DNA of 63,409 bases, filler included, from Lenisia limosa (Eukaryota; Protista; Breviatea): NCBI GenBank assembly GCA_001655205.1. It is 8 parts of 8 records of this genome, joined end to end, with 100 filler letters (N's around TTAATTAATTAA, not from the genome) between each part and the next. Parts side by side here need not be neighbours in the genome. Positions count along the whole stretch, not along the records: positions 39,368 to 42,216 come from LPNZ01006822.1; positions 42,317 to 45,637 come from LPNZ01002551.1; positions 45,738 to 51,641 come from LPNZ01007513.1; 5 more parts are not named here. One strand, written 5' to 3'. The notes under the pieces are model-generated. The model saw only the letters and a program-made list of their open reading frames with translations, did not search any database and was not told the origin of the DNA. Made by a program: the position numbers and the translations under genes. Below are positions 39,420 to 51,640 of this stretch, in pieces (within the stretch, counting starts at the first letter, position 1; every line of letters begins with the position of its first letter).

Positions 39420-40120
39420 GGGAGAAGCTTACCAAATCAAATGGAAGAGGGTTGTCATGATGAGTACCCCAGACAAGTTTTCTGCAAGATTTTATTTGCT
39501 GTGCTCAGTTTCTCCTCAGGTTATTATTGTACTCTAGTTTTGTGTAAAAGAGGGGGAGGGGAGAGCGGAGACAAATAAAAAGGGCTACTGGATTGAAATA
39601 CATATATCGAATTTTATCGACGGTTTAACCTTTCCTCCCATGGTTTCCTCCCCAGAAAAAGCCAACGTCTGAAGAACTAATCATAAATGAGGTAAATTTA
39701 ACGAAAGAGATACTTTTTAACAGGCAGAATTGCGAACAGAAATCCAGTTTGTGGGTTCTGTTGATATATCGTTCCTTCCAATCTCTCTGAGATTGATTAT
39801 GACTTATTTTTGAACATTACTATTTTTAAGTGACCCGTAGGTGGAAAAATACCTTTCCTCCCATCCACCATAACGATCTTGGCTGTTTGAGCCTTGTTTC
39901 TTAGAATTTCAAGGAGTTATCTGGATCTTTTGCTCTTGCTGTGCATTATTGGTGTTGTGGGAGTTAACAGTTATTGATTTGGATATTTTGTGTACCGTTC
40001 GGTGCGTACGCTTGCTGGGGTCCACTCAACGGCTTTGGTGTAGTTATTAGGATTTGTTGCGGGTGTGTTTATGGATATGCGTTTGTTGGTTTGTGTGCTG
40101 TCTGTATGCGGTAGTTGTTG
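39420..40120 (-). CDS. Hypothetical protein fragments, divergent from WRAP73
   Basis: Exon-like segments RDWKERYINRTHKLDFCSQFCLLK, VGFFWEETMGGKVKPSIKFDI; full model not resolved. Confidence 0.3.
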
Positions 40121-40205
40121 TTGTAAAAATTAAGTATCATTCTTATTTCAAAAAAGGTTGAAAGAATGTAAGATGATCTTTAGTCTTTGACTGTTTTAGG
40201 GAACA

Positions 40206-42010
40206 ATGGACTTTAGTGAAAGCTTTGTGCATAGTGATCTCAATTTAGTCGAATGGAGTCCCAGTGGTAAGCTTAAATTTCTTTGTTTTTAAGACACCAT
40301 ATTATTTTTGTTGCATTACTGAGTTTACCTTAGTTAGCGTCAATGAACCATTAAAGGGGTTTATGCAATAGTATTAATAATACTGGCCAAAGCCTTTATA
40401 AATACGAGTCATCGTTTATAATATTGTAGGTGAGTTTGTAGCGTCGATTGAAGGACACCGAGTGGTTGTGCGGGAGAGGGAGTCTCTGGCGCTCATTGCA
40501 CTGTTTATTGCAGTTGACAAGATCGACCATCTGGAATGGTCTCCTGAGAGTGAGGTAAGGACTAGGGCAACTCCAGTCACAAAAAAGACCAATAAAATAT
40601 CGACATTTTTCTAGGATTACTCGACAGTTCAGTAGTAAAAAGTGAGAGTGACCATCCAATAGAGTGAGCAAGCGACACCTTATTATAGCATATGATATCC
40701 TTGTATGAGCATATCCTTGTATTATTGACGATTAGTATAACCATAACCTTGTATTTAACAACAATTAGCATATCCTAGTCGGATGCTTCCAAAGAGGAAT
40801 CTGCCACATCTTTTCATTGGAGGACAAAGACAAATCCGCCTCAATTGATGAAGTTGGAAGGGTGGTCTTTTTTGCTCAAGCAAGAAAATAGATTAAGTAT
40901 ATACTATCATATATATTCTTGGGATTTAGGGCTTCACTTCGGTTCGAAAAAATTCTCGATAAATCTTCGAAAATTATCGATATTTTACCGGGAACTGAAG
41001 TGAAGCCCTCAGAATAACACATTGAGATATCAGAACGAAATTACATCATTCACCTCGTATGCTTTGTGCAACGCATTCATGTGATAATCAGCTATATAAA
41101 TGATAAAATGTTTTTAGTTCAGTTTGAACATCATCACAACACAGGGAGCCTTAGGGATGAAATGGTGCGGTTTCATTGGAGCGGCTGACAAGCTCTACAC
41201 GGTTACTGACCATAACGTTTGCTGGCGGCTTTGATTTGTAAACCGATACTACATTAAGATTGGATATGAGGTATCATATCACTCTGTGGAAAATGATAGT
41301 TCAGTGAACCAAAAAGTGATATGATAGTTCACACGTATGTGATATATCCAAAAATATAAAATATTATTCCTCTTAGATGAGAATTAGCATTTGGGACCTC
41401 TCTAACGGCGATGCCAAGTTCTTACCGCACCCCAAGGGCACCAAAGACAGATGTGGGTGTGGATGATGTAAAGATAGATGTGGGTGTGGATGATGTAACA
41501 GTTATTCACAATTATTGATATTGATAACAGATCAGTTACTAAGATTTTTGACTCTACAGCTGTGATTGATATTATTGCCCATGTCACCCCCATCAGGTAT
41601 TGCAACTAGGGTTTCCCTATGGTCCGAAAAAGACCGTGAAAATATCGATATTCATGAGGATATATTGAGAAATGCAATCTTTTTTTTTTTGCGACCGTAG
41701 GGAAGCCCTAATTTCAACCAACAATGACACTACATTTATTTATTAACAATTCATAATTATTATCAGTTATTCATCATTTTTAATACATTGACAATTATTT
41801 GCAATTATCATCAGGTACATAGGTCTTTGTTTGTTTTGGTGTTATCAACCCTTGTGTGTTGTCAGCCAACTTTTTGATTCATAATTTTTCCAATTTTACT
41901 CCCCATCAGGTATTGCAACCAGCAGAGACGGCCACATTGCCTTCATCCACCGTCAAGATGCCAAGGACTCCCTGGTTGTCGTTGACTCTCGTCACATGGA
42001 AGTTATCAGC
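40206..42010 (+). CDS. WRAP73: WD40 protein WRAP73/WDR8 (centrosome/basal body), 3' truncated at contig end
   Basis: MDFSESFVHSDLNLVEWSPSG...ASIEGHRVVVRERESLALIALFIAVDKIDHLEWSPES...FQRGICHIFSLEDKDKSASIDE-GALGM...VTDHN-MRISIWDLSNG...PHPK, colinear with the WRAP73 N-terminus as I recall it. Confidence 0.85.
40927..41010. mobile_element. MITE family A copy, WRAP73 intron
   Basis: TA-GGGCTTCACTTCGG...CTGAAGTGAAGCCC-TC. Confidence 0.85.
41607..41710. mobile_element. MITE family A copy (CCTACGG subfamily), WRAP73 intron
   Basis: TA-GGGTTTCCCTATGGTC...GACCGTAGGGAAGCCC-TA. Confidence 0.88.
41822..41909 (+). repeat. Introner-like repeat copy ending at a WRAP73 acceptor
   Basis: GGTCTTTGTTTGTTTTGGTGTTATCAACCCTTGTGTGTTGTCAGCCAAC...AATTTTACTCCCCATCAG. 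Confidence 0.75.
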
Positions 42011-42419
42011 GTAGGGTCTGGTATTTTTGCAGTAAATTTCTATTGAAACTAAGATCCGGCTGTTGAACTGTCTGGCAAAGGGCTTCACTCAGGTCCCCAA
42101 CTGACCGGTAAAATATTAAAGTTTATCTAGGATTAAGCAAGCAGTCAGACATTTTCATCACCGAAGCATCTCTATATGGTACTATATTGATTCGTCTTTT
42201 GTTTTCAATTTTGCTTNNNNNNNNNNNNNNNNNNNNNNNNNNNNNNNNNNNNNNNNNNNNTTAATTAATTAANNNNNNNNNNNNNNNNNNNNNNNNNNNN
42301 NNNNNNNNNNNNNNNNTGGTGGTGGGGAAGAAAATTGACAATTTTCTAAAAAACACAATAGTGATAGAAAAGAGAAAATTAATGAAAAAGAATCCAACCG
42401 CCTCCCACTTGGTCGGCTA

Positions 42420-45230
42420 AGGTCCAATTTATGTTTGACGTCTTCCATAGTATCATCACAATGAAACGTCCTCGGAATTGGCGTGCAAAACTCCCCCAAA
42501 CGAAAGAGAACGTCGATATTCGGCGACTCAACATACTCCTGAATCCCATAGCGCTTGAAGAGCTTCGTGTAATCATAAGGCTTGTTACTAGGGGGTTTCG
42601 GTGGATTTTCGGGGGAGGGCGGCGGTGTTGGTTCATTGACAAGATGTGGGGATACGGAGGGGGAAGGAGGGGACTCTGGAAGCTTGTTCAGTACAAATAC
42701 ACCATTTTCCTTTTGCATAGTATAGCCTTCATGAAAGGCTTTTAGCTGCATTTTCTTCAGGACGGCCATTTGTTCCTCGAGATCAACGTCCTCAATAGCA
42801 GGACACTCCTGGTCACTTCTGGCCGCAACGTCCTCATCAATCTGAGCAGGTTTACTTGGCACGGACGGAGTGCTTGCGACTTTTGCCAATACCTGAAGCC
42901 CGGCCCCTTTTGTAGGCGGACCCATCAGGAAATGTACCGCATCTGCGCTTTCTGCGGGATTGGGAATCCCTTTAAACGTAGGGCACTCAGAGTAAAAACG
43001 GTGTTCATCGTTGTTAACGTTACGACTGCGATGGTTGCTTCCGTCACAACCGCTTTCGCAGTCACTGTTGCACTCGCCATATACCATGGCCTGCAGAATT
43101 CCCTTTTTTTGGGCAAACTCGCCGAAAAGCGGGTCAAAACTCTTCTGGAAAAGATCGTTGTTAGGCCCTCCAGTTAAAGTCAAACACGCGACACCTTCGT
43201 AAGACTTCGGCTCGGCAGGGCCTCGTTCTCGTCTTAGCTTTGCCGGCGTGATAATCGAAAACCGTTCAGCATCGGAGTCACGTGCCTCATGCGACCGTGG
43301 CGACTTCACTTCCGACGAGCCTTCTGACACGTATTCGGCCGATGAGCACGTGGATTCATCGAGACTTGAAGACTTAATTAGGCTCGGAATGTCGGCATAG
43401 GGACAGACTTCGGGCTGGGGGGTGGGGGTAAAAATGAGAAAATTATGAAGCAAAATAAGCCCAAAATCAACTCTGTTGGCTAGCAACACACACGGGTGAA
43501 AACGTTATTTCATATATACATCGATACAATACTGTTGTTGTATTTAGCCGATTCAAATTACCCCCGCCACCGAAAGAGAAGGAGAAGACTCAACTATGTA
43601 GTCATCGAAGTTCCTCTTCTTCAGGCAAGCTAAAAGTCTGGGTGGGGGGTGTGAGTCAAAAGAAACTTATGAAAAAAAAAAAAAAAAATCCAGAATCCTC
43701 CCCCCCTTTTTTTATTAACTCTGCCCCCTTCCTCCTTCATTATACCAAGGGCTTCACTTCGGTTCGAAAAACTGAATTTCTCGATAAATCTTTGAAAATT
43801 ATCGATAATTATACCGGTTTTTTTCGCATCGAAGTGACGCCCTAATGATACCCCACCAACACTCCAAGTGTGACGTTTTGAGTCAGCTGGACTTCCAGGG
43901 GGCTGTCTTCCCTACACCAAGTTAAACGGGAGGAGGGGGGGGGGGGNNNNNNNNNNNNNNNNNNNNNNNNNNNNNNNNNNNNNNNNNNNNNNNNNNNNNN
44001 NNNNNNNNNNNNNNNNNNNNNNNNNNNNNNNNNNNNNNNNNNNNNNNNNNNNNNNNNNNNNNNNNNNNNNNNNNNNNNNNNNNNNNNNNNNNNNNNNNNN
44101 NNNNNNNNNNNNNNNNNNNNNNNNNNNNNNNNNNNNNNNNNNNNNNNNNNNNNNNNNNNNNNNNNNNNNNNNNNNNNNNNNNNNNNNNNNNNNNNNNNNN
44201 NNNNNNNNNNNNNNNNNNNNNNNNNNNTACTAGTTGATGTGCGTGGCAGTTCGTAGTTAATAACTTGCTCCTGTTATTATTATTAATTTTTTGATGCCAA
44301 CTCTCTCCTATCGAGTTTCGGAGCAGTGTGAAGCTTTACTAAACCCCCAAGGACCAGTAGTGAGATGGCGGACCTCTAAGAAGGGCTTCCATTGCTCCTG
44401 CTTCTCGTCTCTTCCCCCAATGATGACACCAGTCAATTGCAACCATGCTTATGCAGATTTTGCTGCTGCAGTCGACTATTAAAACTGGTGGCACATCCAG
44501 AAATGAAGATCACTGATCTACCTAATAAAAGGTGGGGGGTTCTTGTCAGGATTTATATCTACTGTCTTTTGGGGCAGCGTGGGTTGGAATATTCAATTTC
44601 ATTGACTGCAAAGAAGAGAAAGAAGGTACAGAGAAACTGACAGAGAACTCGCAATACCATGTTTGTGTTGATGCTTCAGAAGATGACAAAGCTCCCTGTT
44701 ATTCAGCTTCAATGACTTTTATCTATTATTCTGTTGTATTTGAAACAGAATTATTTTTGCTGTAAAGCAACTGAAAAGTCTGTTGTGGGGAGGCTTGCAC
44801 AAAGCATCAACGCTGCCGGTGGTGTCAAAATCTACACAACCGGGAGACACACTGCTTAAAGCCCGTGGTAATCAGCCCTCATAATGACCGTGAAACCCGC
44901 AAAGCGTGATCCACTACACCACTACATGCCGTCGTATTCTGTTACATCTTGACCGATTTGATATTGGATCTCCGTAATATAAAGAGGCAAGGTTATAATG
45001 TTTCTTTGAGTCTTCATAACATAAAACCGCCGGAACAGTAAGCCATAGATTTTTGGTCGAACACAGTCCAAAAAGAAACTGAGGTATCGAAAACTGAACC
45101 AAAAAAAAGAGAATGCCGCCAATACCTACAATAATACCTTGCCCTCCTCACTGGTACAATTCGAAGTCGTCGAAGTTTTCGATTGCGGTCTCAACTTCAT
45201 CAATAATACACTCAACCTGCAAAAGGTAAA
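42420..45230 (-). CDS. Hypothetical protein with a ~1-kb Pro/Ser-rich exon, partial
   Basis: Open exon about 42420-43414 after a CCCCCAG acceptor (PEVCPYADIPS...PPSPENPPKPP...); upstream exons VECIIDEVETAIENFDDFELY, FFLDCVRPKIYGLLFRR. Confidence 0.6.
43747..43844. mobile_element. MITE family A copy
   Basis: AA-GGGCTTCACTTCGG...TCGAAGTGACGCCC-TA. Confidence 0.85.
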
Positions 45231-45407
45231 ATAAGAAGTAGAAATAAGAAGTAAAAGAAGGGGATATCTGGCCAAAGCCGCCCACATCATCACTCATCTA
45301 TTGGTAGTATCTCGCTTATATGCAGAAGTACAAACTAAAACAAGGTAGGATCTGGTCATTGACCACATAAAGTGCATTATTTTCCCCTTGTACAAAGCAA
45401 TATAAAC

Positions 45408-45609
45408 TAGGACTTCACTTCAGTCCGAAAAAGACCGAAAAAATATCGATAGCTTTCGCAGATTTATGAAAGATTATTTTCAAACAGAAGAAGCCATTGC
45501 AATAAACATCAGTATTGTAACACTTCGGGCTTCACTTCGGTCAGAAAAAGACCGAGAATATAGCAAAAGTTTTCGATAATTCAGTCCTTTTGAACGAAGC
45601 GAAGCACTA
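45408..45609. mobile_element. Two adjacent degenerate MITE family A copies (about 45408-45497 and 45525-45609)
   Basis: Both begin GG(A/G)CTTCACTTC(A/G)GTC.GAAAAAGACCGA. Confidence 0.75.
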
Positions 45610-45759
45610 ATAGCATCCATTGTACAAAAGAACACAGNNNNNNNNNNNNNNNNNNNNNNNNNNNNNNNNNNNNNNNNNNNNTTAATTAATTAANNNNNNN
45701 NNNNNNNNNNNNNNNNNNNNNNNNNNNNNNNNNNNNNAAGAAACCCACGTTTAGGTAAT

Positions 45760-47066
45760 TGATGCCATCCAACCCCCCTCCAACGTTTGATGTTTGAAAT
45801 CGGCTTCGTATGTGAGTGAATGTGGCTATCTCCGCCGGTCTTCTACAAATATTAGAGAGTTGCGTAAATAGGTGGACATTAGCAAAAGAAAAAATAAGTA
45901 ATTTGATAAAGTTGAGAAGTAAATAGCCAGGAATGGAACCTTGTTGAAAACCTTGACTTGACCCATTATATATCATACCTTGACCTGCTCCGTTATATGT
46001 ATAGATAAATACCTTGGCTTGGACCGATATATCATACCTTGACTTGGCCCGTTATATGGCCGAAAAGCTCATCAGGACTTAGGCCGTAAGGAACTTCCAA
46101 CTTCTCAACTGAGGTTGCTGGAGGGGGGAGGGGGTAATGAGGTAAGTGATTTGTTTTTATAAAACCTAAAATAAACCATGTTGGCTGACAACACACAACA
46201 GTTGATGACAACAAAACAACCTGGCCAGCATACGTGATGGGAAAACAGGTGACAATTAAATTGAAGGAGTGGAGGGTTATTTGACAATAGTTGTACAATT
46301 CAATATCAAATGGGGNNNNNNNNNNNNNNNNNNNNNNNNNNNNNNNNNNNNNNNNNNNNNNNNNNNNNNNNNNNNNNNNNNNNNNNNNNNNNNNNNNNNN
46401 NNNNNCATCGACAATGGTAACCTGGGAGGTAATAAATAAAAAAAGGTTTGGGGGGGGGGGTACAGTTGGATATATTTGATTATGATGAAGGCTTCCCTAC
46501 GGTACTTAAAAGACTGGCAAAACTTCGATGTTTTTAGGATTTATCGAGAAATTCAGTCTTTTTTAGGACCTTTAATCCCAAATATGATAGTGAGGATTAA
46601 CACTGACGCGATAATTCCTGACACGGATAATAAAATTTAATGAAACAAAACAAAAAAAAAAAAAGCCTAAAATTGGTGAAGTAAAGAAAATTCCGAAGAA
46701 TTTTGAATTAAAACCTATTTCATAGTTAACCAACTTTTGATGAGAGCACTGCAGCAACAGAACAAAGGCAGGACTTGTCTGGAATTGTCAGTCTTAAGCA
46801 AAGGCTAAAAACCAGTACTATGAAGGGCTAAAATTATTAATTAGTACTATGGAAGTGTTGTGATATGTAGTTTTATGATCGAGCTAATGTAATCCCGACA
46901 AAGTTCCATATTATCACCCAACTAGAGTTTCATTTTCGGTTCCAAAAGACCGACAAAATATCGATATTTATAGAGAATTCAGTCTTTTTTGGGACCGAAA
47001 GTGAAGCTCAACACCTAAGAATTAATCAATCATTCCAATATACACACCCGCTTCTCCTCCACCTCC

Positions 47067-47110
<44 letters not shown>

Positions 47111-50100
47111 AAACAAAAAAAATCATACATAAATATGTAATGCCCCAACAAAGTAAACCGCCACGCCCAAACAAAGTAGCCCCAAATACAAAGTAGCCCG
47201 GAAGGCGGCAGGGTGCCGACAGACACGGCATAAGCCAAGACGCCCTCAACCCAGGCCGGGTCAACATTGTGCGTGGCCAGGGGGGCAATGTGGGGCGGCA
47301 TCGGGGTGTTTTCTGTGAGGAATTGGTTACGTGTTACGGATACAGAACAATATGAAAATGTGATATTAGGCGCTTATAGAAGTTGGTTCAAAGACCTTGT
47401 AGCTATATACAATGACTGGTATAGTCTTGACCTATTTTCTTTGGGAAACCACATAACAAGTCGGTCAAGACTTTCCCTGTCAATGTGTGTATGTGCTTAA
47501 TGCAAGGATCTTACTCCCTAAAATAGACCGACAACCACATACACTCAATCCCACACTAATACCGTACCCACCCTGTGTCCCCTTAAGCTCGGGCCAAAAA
47601 CACGCGGTCAAACTGTCGATAAGGAGAGGTACTGTGGTTTCGTCTATTCTCGGATACTGGGTGCGTGAAATGGAACTACTGACAGTGTACCTATTTATGA
47701 GCAAGAATAAATATGAAATAAATCGTGGGGAACAAATAACTTAACCCTCTAAAAGTCACTCTTGAAAAATTAAGTATTATTATAAACATACCTCAACATT
47801 GCCTTTCCATTGGGCCAAATTGACCGAATCTCCGGAGGTGCAATGTTGCAAGCCACCTGGGGGGTACAATTAGAAAATTTATGAAGCAAAAAAAGGTCCA
47901 AAAAATCAACTCCGTGGGCTGACAACACACAAGGATTAATAACAACAAAACAAANNNNNNNNNNNNNNNNNNNNNNNNNNNNNNNNNNNNNNNNNNNNNN
48001 NNNNNNNNNNNNNNNNNNNNNNNNNNNNNNNNNNNNNNNNNNNNNNNNNNNNNNNNNNNNNNNNTCACTCCAGCGAACATAAAATTGAAAATTTAATAAA
48101 CACAAAAAGGCCCAAAATCATAAGGTCCCCCTTTACCCGAAGGAGATGCGTTACTCCCAGATTCCACCAGAGGAGTCGTCATAATAGGCGGATAGAGAAT
48201 GGCCGAACAGGCAAGGTAGGCTGGGGGGTTACATTTATATTTATATTTTTTGTTTTTTGTTTTATATGGTTTTTATTATTTGTTTTTTTATTTTATTTTA
48301 TAATTTTGATATGATAGTATAAAACTGGGTGGATACGATGAGGTGAAATACGGGTACCCCCGCCCTCTCCCAACCCATTGACAATTCAACCAGCTCCTTG
48401 GAAAGCCCTTGATTGACCCTGGCGTTTTTGCTCTGTGGAAGTGAGGCAAACAGAATACACGGAAAAAATAAATGATTATGGTGTTTATTCAAGAAGTGGT
48501 GGTATTACCTGAAAAACAAAAAAAGAAACATATGATAAATGTATATGGATGTTAATGAAGGGAAAAAAATATAGTAGCTATATCTTATTATATCATTTTG
48601 TTTTTTTCACTTTTCGACGAAGATACTATACCGAATGGAGTATAATCGGAGGATAGCTGTTAGTCATTATTCTATTAGTTGCATGTAGCCTATAATTGCT
48701 GTTTCAGCAATTAAAATTCAATCTACTAAATATATTGATCACAAAGGGNNNNNNNNNNNNNNNNNNNNNNNNNNNNNNNNNNNNNNNNNNNNNNNNNNNN
48801 TGCAATTTGAGATTTGTGAGCATCTGGCCAATTTGGTAGGTAATAGCAAATAGAGAAGCATCATTGGAGTCGTACACTTCTCCTGTAGGGTCAAATAACT
48901 TCATTGATCCTTTGAAAAAAAAAAAAAAAAAAANNNNNNNNNNNNNNNNNNNNNNNNNNNNNNNNNNNNNNNNNNNNNNNNNNNNNNNNNNNNNNNNTAA
49001 ATAAATGCAAATATATTATTCAGAAAGCAATTGATTTGTTTTGATAAATATGTTATTAGTAAAGAAATGTTAACCCAAAAGAATGAGAAACAAAATAAGA
49101 TATGATCGGAGTATAAATATAAAAATAATCATAGCATTAAAAATACCATATAATCAAAAGAGGACTACGAAAAATCATTTCAAAATTACAAATAATGAGA
49201 ACAAACGCAACTCTCTAATTAACCCCAACCCTCAAACCATTGACAAGACAGGCCGAAATAAAAGGGATGACCCTTGCACAGAGTTCATTAGTAGTGAGAA
49301 ATCCTGGATTGTGAGGAAATTATTAATTTATCGTTGTGGTTAGAAAAAAGATGAATTTTTCGATAAATCTTCAATAACTTTCGATATTGTAACTACGTAA
49401 GTGGTGACAGTAATTATTATGACTATCGCATTAATGACCGACCCGGCCCTAAACTCATACATATCCGATACTACTCTGCGCAAGAGGGTCATTTATGAAG
49501 ATATATAGCTATGATAAATAAATAAAAAATAAGGTAGTATCTGGCCGCTATTAAGATATTTTGAATTGTATAATAATAATTCACCCAATCATTTTTTTAC
49601 ACCACTATCCCAAAAATATAATAATCTGTCACTCAACCCTCCACTACCAAAAAACGATCATCACCTCCCTCAATTACCCCCTCACCATGCACCATCAACA
49701 TCCTTTTTAACACATCTCGGGCTTCAGAGGTCTTGACTGAAAACGAATCCAGCGGACCCTCATAAGTAGGACCCGGGGGGAGGGTCAGAACTGACCGGCC
49801 GAAACTCTCAACCTTGGGAAGGGGTTATAAATGGACAATGTATGAAACACAAAAAGCCCTTGAACAAAAACAAGGCTTTTCGTCTTCTCCCACGATTATT
49901 TCATCTTCTTTTTACAAAGAGCGAAACGCCAAATACCCCAATTACCACAGAAAACAGTCTTGAAGCCTCTGTGCCTTCCAGGGAATTCCGCATTAGGAAC
50001 ACTTCAGTCGACTTTTCTACCCTGTCCGTAACAGGGCAAAAGGGGACCGTTCGCCGAAGCCACGACTCGGTAGTACCACCAATGGCCATAATGAGGCCGC

Positions 50101-51640
50101 CCTGATAGGATGAGGGGACTATGTTTTTCATTAAAGGTATTAATTAATGTGGTTATATTTTCTGGAAAAAAAAAAAATGATCTTTGCACTTTCTACAAAC
50201 ATCTCCCCCGCGCACCCTTAAGGTATTAAGTACTGAGATGAGATTAGGGCTCCGTGTAATTAATTGAAAAAATAATTGCAAATTTTTAAGCGGGGCATCT
50301 ATTGTAACCAAAAACCTTTATCAAACACTTTAATTCCAAATTTTATCAATTAATTTATAATTTTGTCAATTATTGTCTTCATAAAATAATATACGTAGAC
50401 TTAGATTCTATTATATCATCTCCAATACAGCAGCCACTCCCTCCATAATCCGCCTCACTTTGGCGATTCGCATTCTGCGGTCTGTGAAGGTCACAGTTGC
50501 TGCCCCGGCAAGAGAAGCTGCTCGTACGCCTTCAACTAAGGGGGGGGGGNNNNNNNNNNNNNNNNNNNNNNNNNNNNNNNNNNNNNNNNNNNNNNNNNNN
50601 NNNNNNNNNNNNNNNNNNNNNNNNNNNNNNNNNNNNNNNNNNNNNNNNNNNNNNNNNNNNNNNGTAAGAATGGGTGCTTCCGTATAATGCTGCCAAGGGC
50701 AATGATACAAAATTCAAAATTAGGAGATATAGCAACTCCTCTTCCCCCACTCCCTTCGCCCACACAAAGCTGCTACATGGGGATAGAGGTTCGGTACAAG
50801 GTGGAGGGACAGTAAAATGGCAAAACCGCCCGTGACGATAACGGCTTCGAGTTTTCGAAGTAAAGTATGGTCGGGAAGGTCGCACTGAATGAATGATTTT
50901 ATGAAACAAACAATAAGTCCACAAACAGCCCAAAATAAAAAAATAAGCCCAAATGTGAGAAGAAGGAGGGTTAGGTCGAAGATAACAAATGGGTTGAAAG
51001 GTGAAGGGAGTGTGAATATAGTGTATAAGTGCAGAAGGATGGCCGGACATGACACACTAAACGCGACAAGTATGCATGGAGTGATGGAAAAGTGACAAGT
51101 ATGCATGAAGTGATGCGAAAGTTTCGAGAAAATGATACCTATCTCCCTCAACCCTATCCCTGTGTATTTCAATCCTCAAGTATTACCAGTTTTTAACCCT
51201 CCTCGCTATCTATTTTATTTTGTCATATTGTATTGACCTAAAAAAACGACCGCACACAGAGCAGTCAATAACAACAGTCTTCCGCGACAATAGAGCACCG
51301 AAGGCGGTAACAGCGTTTATGACGGACGATTCGGTAGTGAAACTGCCCGGGGGGAGGCCAGGGCGGCTCAGGTCTGGGGTGAGATGTTAAAATTGGAAAA
51401 TTAATAAAAACAAAAAAAAAATCCCAAAATCAACTCTGTTAGCTGACAACACAAGAGGGTTTAAAGCAACAGTTCAACCATTTTCTATATTGTTGCTGCA
51501 TTATTGTTGAATTTGAATTTGGTGGAAAACTGTGCATATGTAAGTTGCATATATCCCAGTATACCATCGGAGTCACACATGCCTGCAGAGACAACGTACT
51601 TGAGGGATGTGGGGAATGAGGAAGAGGCTCGACCCTCGGT
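45760..51640 (-). CDS. Large hypothetical protein(s) spanning contig 6, both ends partial
   Basis: Minus-strand GT-AG exons, e.g. DLSRPGLPPGSFTTESSVINAVTAFGALLSRK, VESFGRSVLTLPPGPTYEGPLDSFSVKTSEARD, ENTPMPPHIAPLATHNVDPAWVEGVLAYAVSVG. Confidence 0.55.
46118..46220 (-). mobile_element. Introner-like repeat: entire 103-nt intron
   Basis: Sense: GTTGTTTTGTTGTCATCAACTGTTGTGTGTTGTCAGCCAACATGG...TTACCCCTCCCCCCTCCAG, flanked by coding exons. Confidence 0.6.
46488..47010. mobile_element. Two separate degenerate MITE family A copies (about 46488-46579 and 46923-47010)
   Basis: GGCTTCCCTACGG...TTTATCGAGAAATTCAGTC and TAGAGTTTCATTTTCGG...CCGAAAGTGAAGCTC. Confidence 0.75.
47066..47110. repeat. (CAA)n microsatellite, intronic
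   Basis: About 15 perfect CAA units. Confidence 0.95.
47857..47954 (-). repeat. Introner-like repeat copy ending at an acceptor
   Basis: Sense: TTTGTTTTGTTGTTATTAATCCTTGTGTGTTGTCAGCCCACGGAGTTGATTTTTTGG...TTCATAAATTTTCTAATTGTACCCCCCAG. Further copies at 36369-36475(+), 37429-37500(-), 43415-43497(-), 51374-51470(-), 63044-63133(+). Confidence 0.75.
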
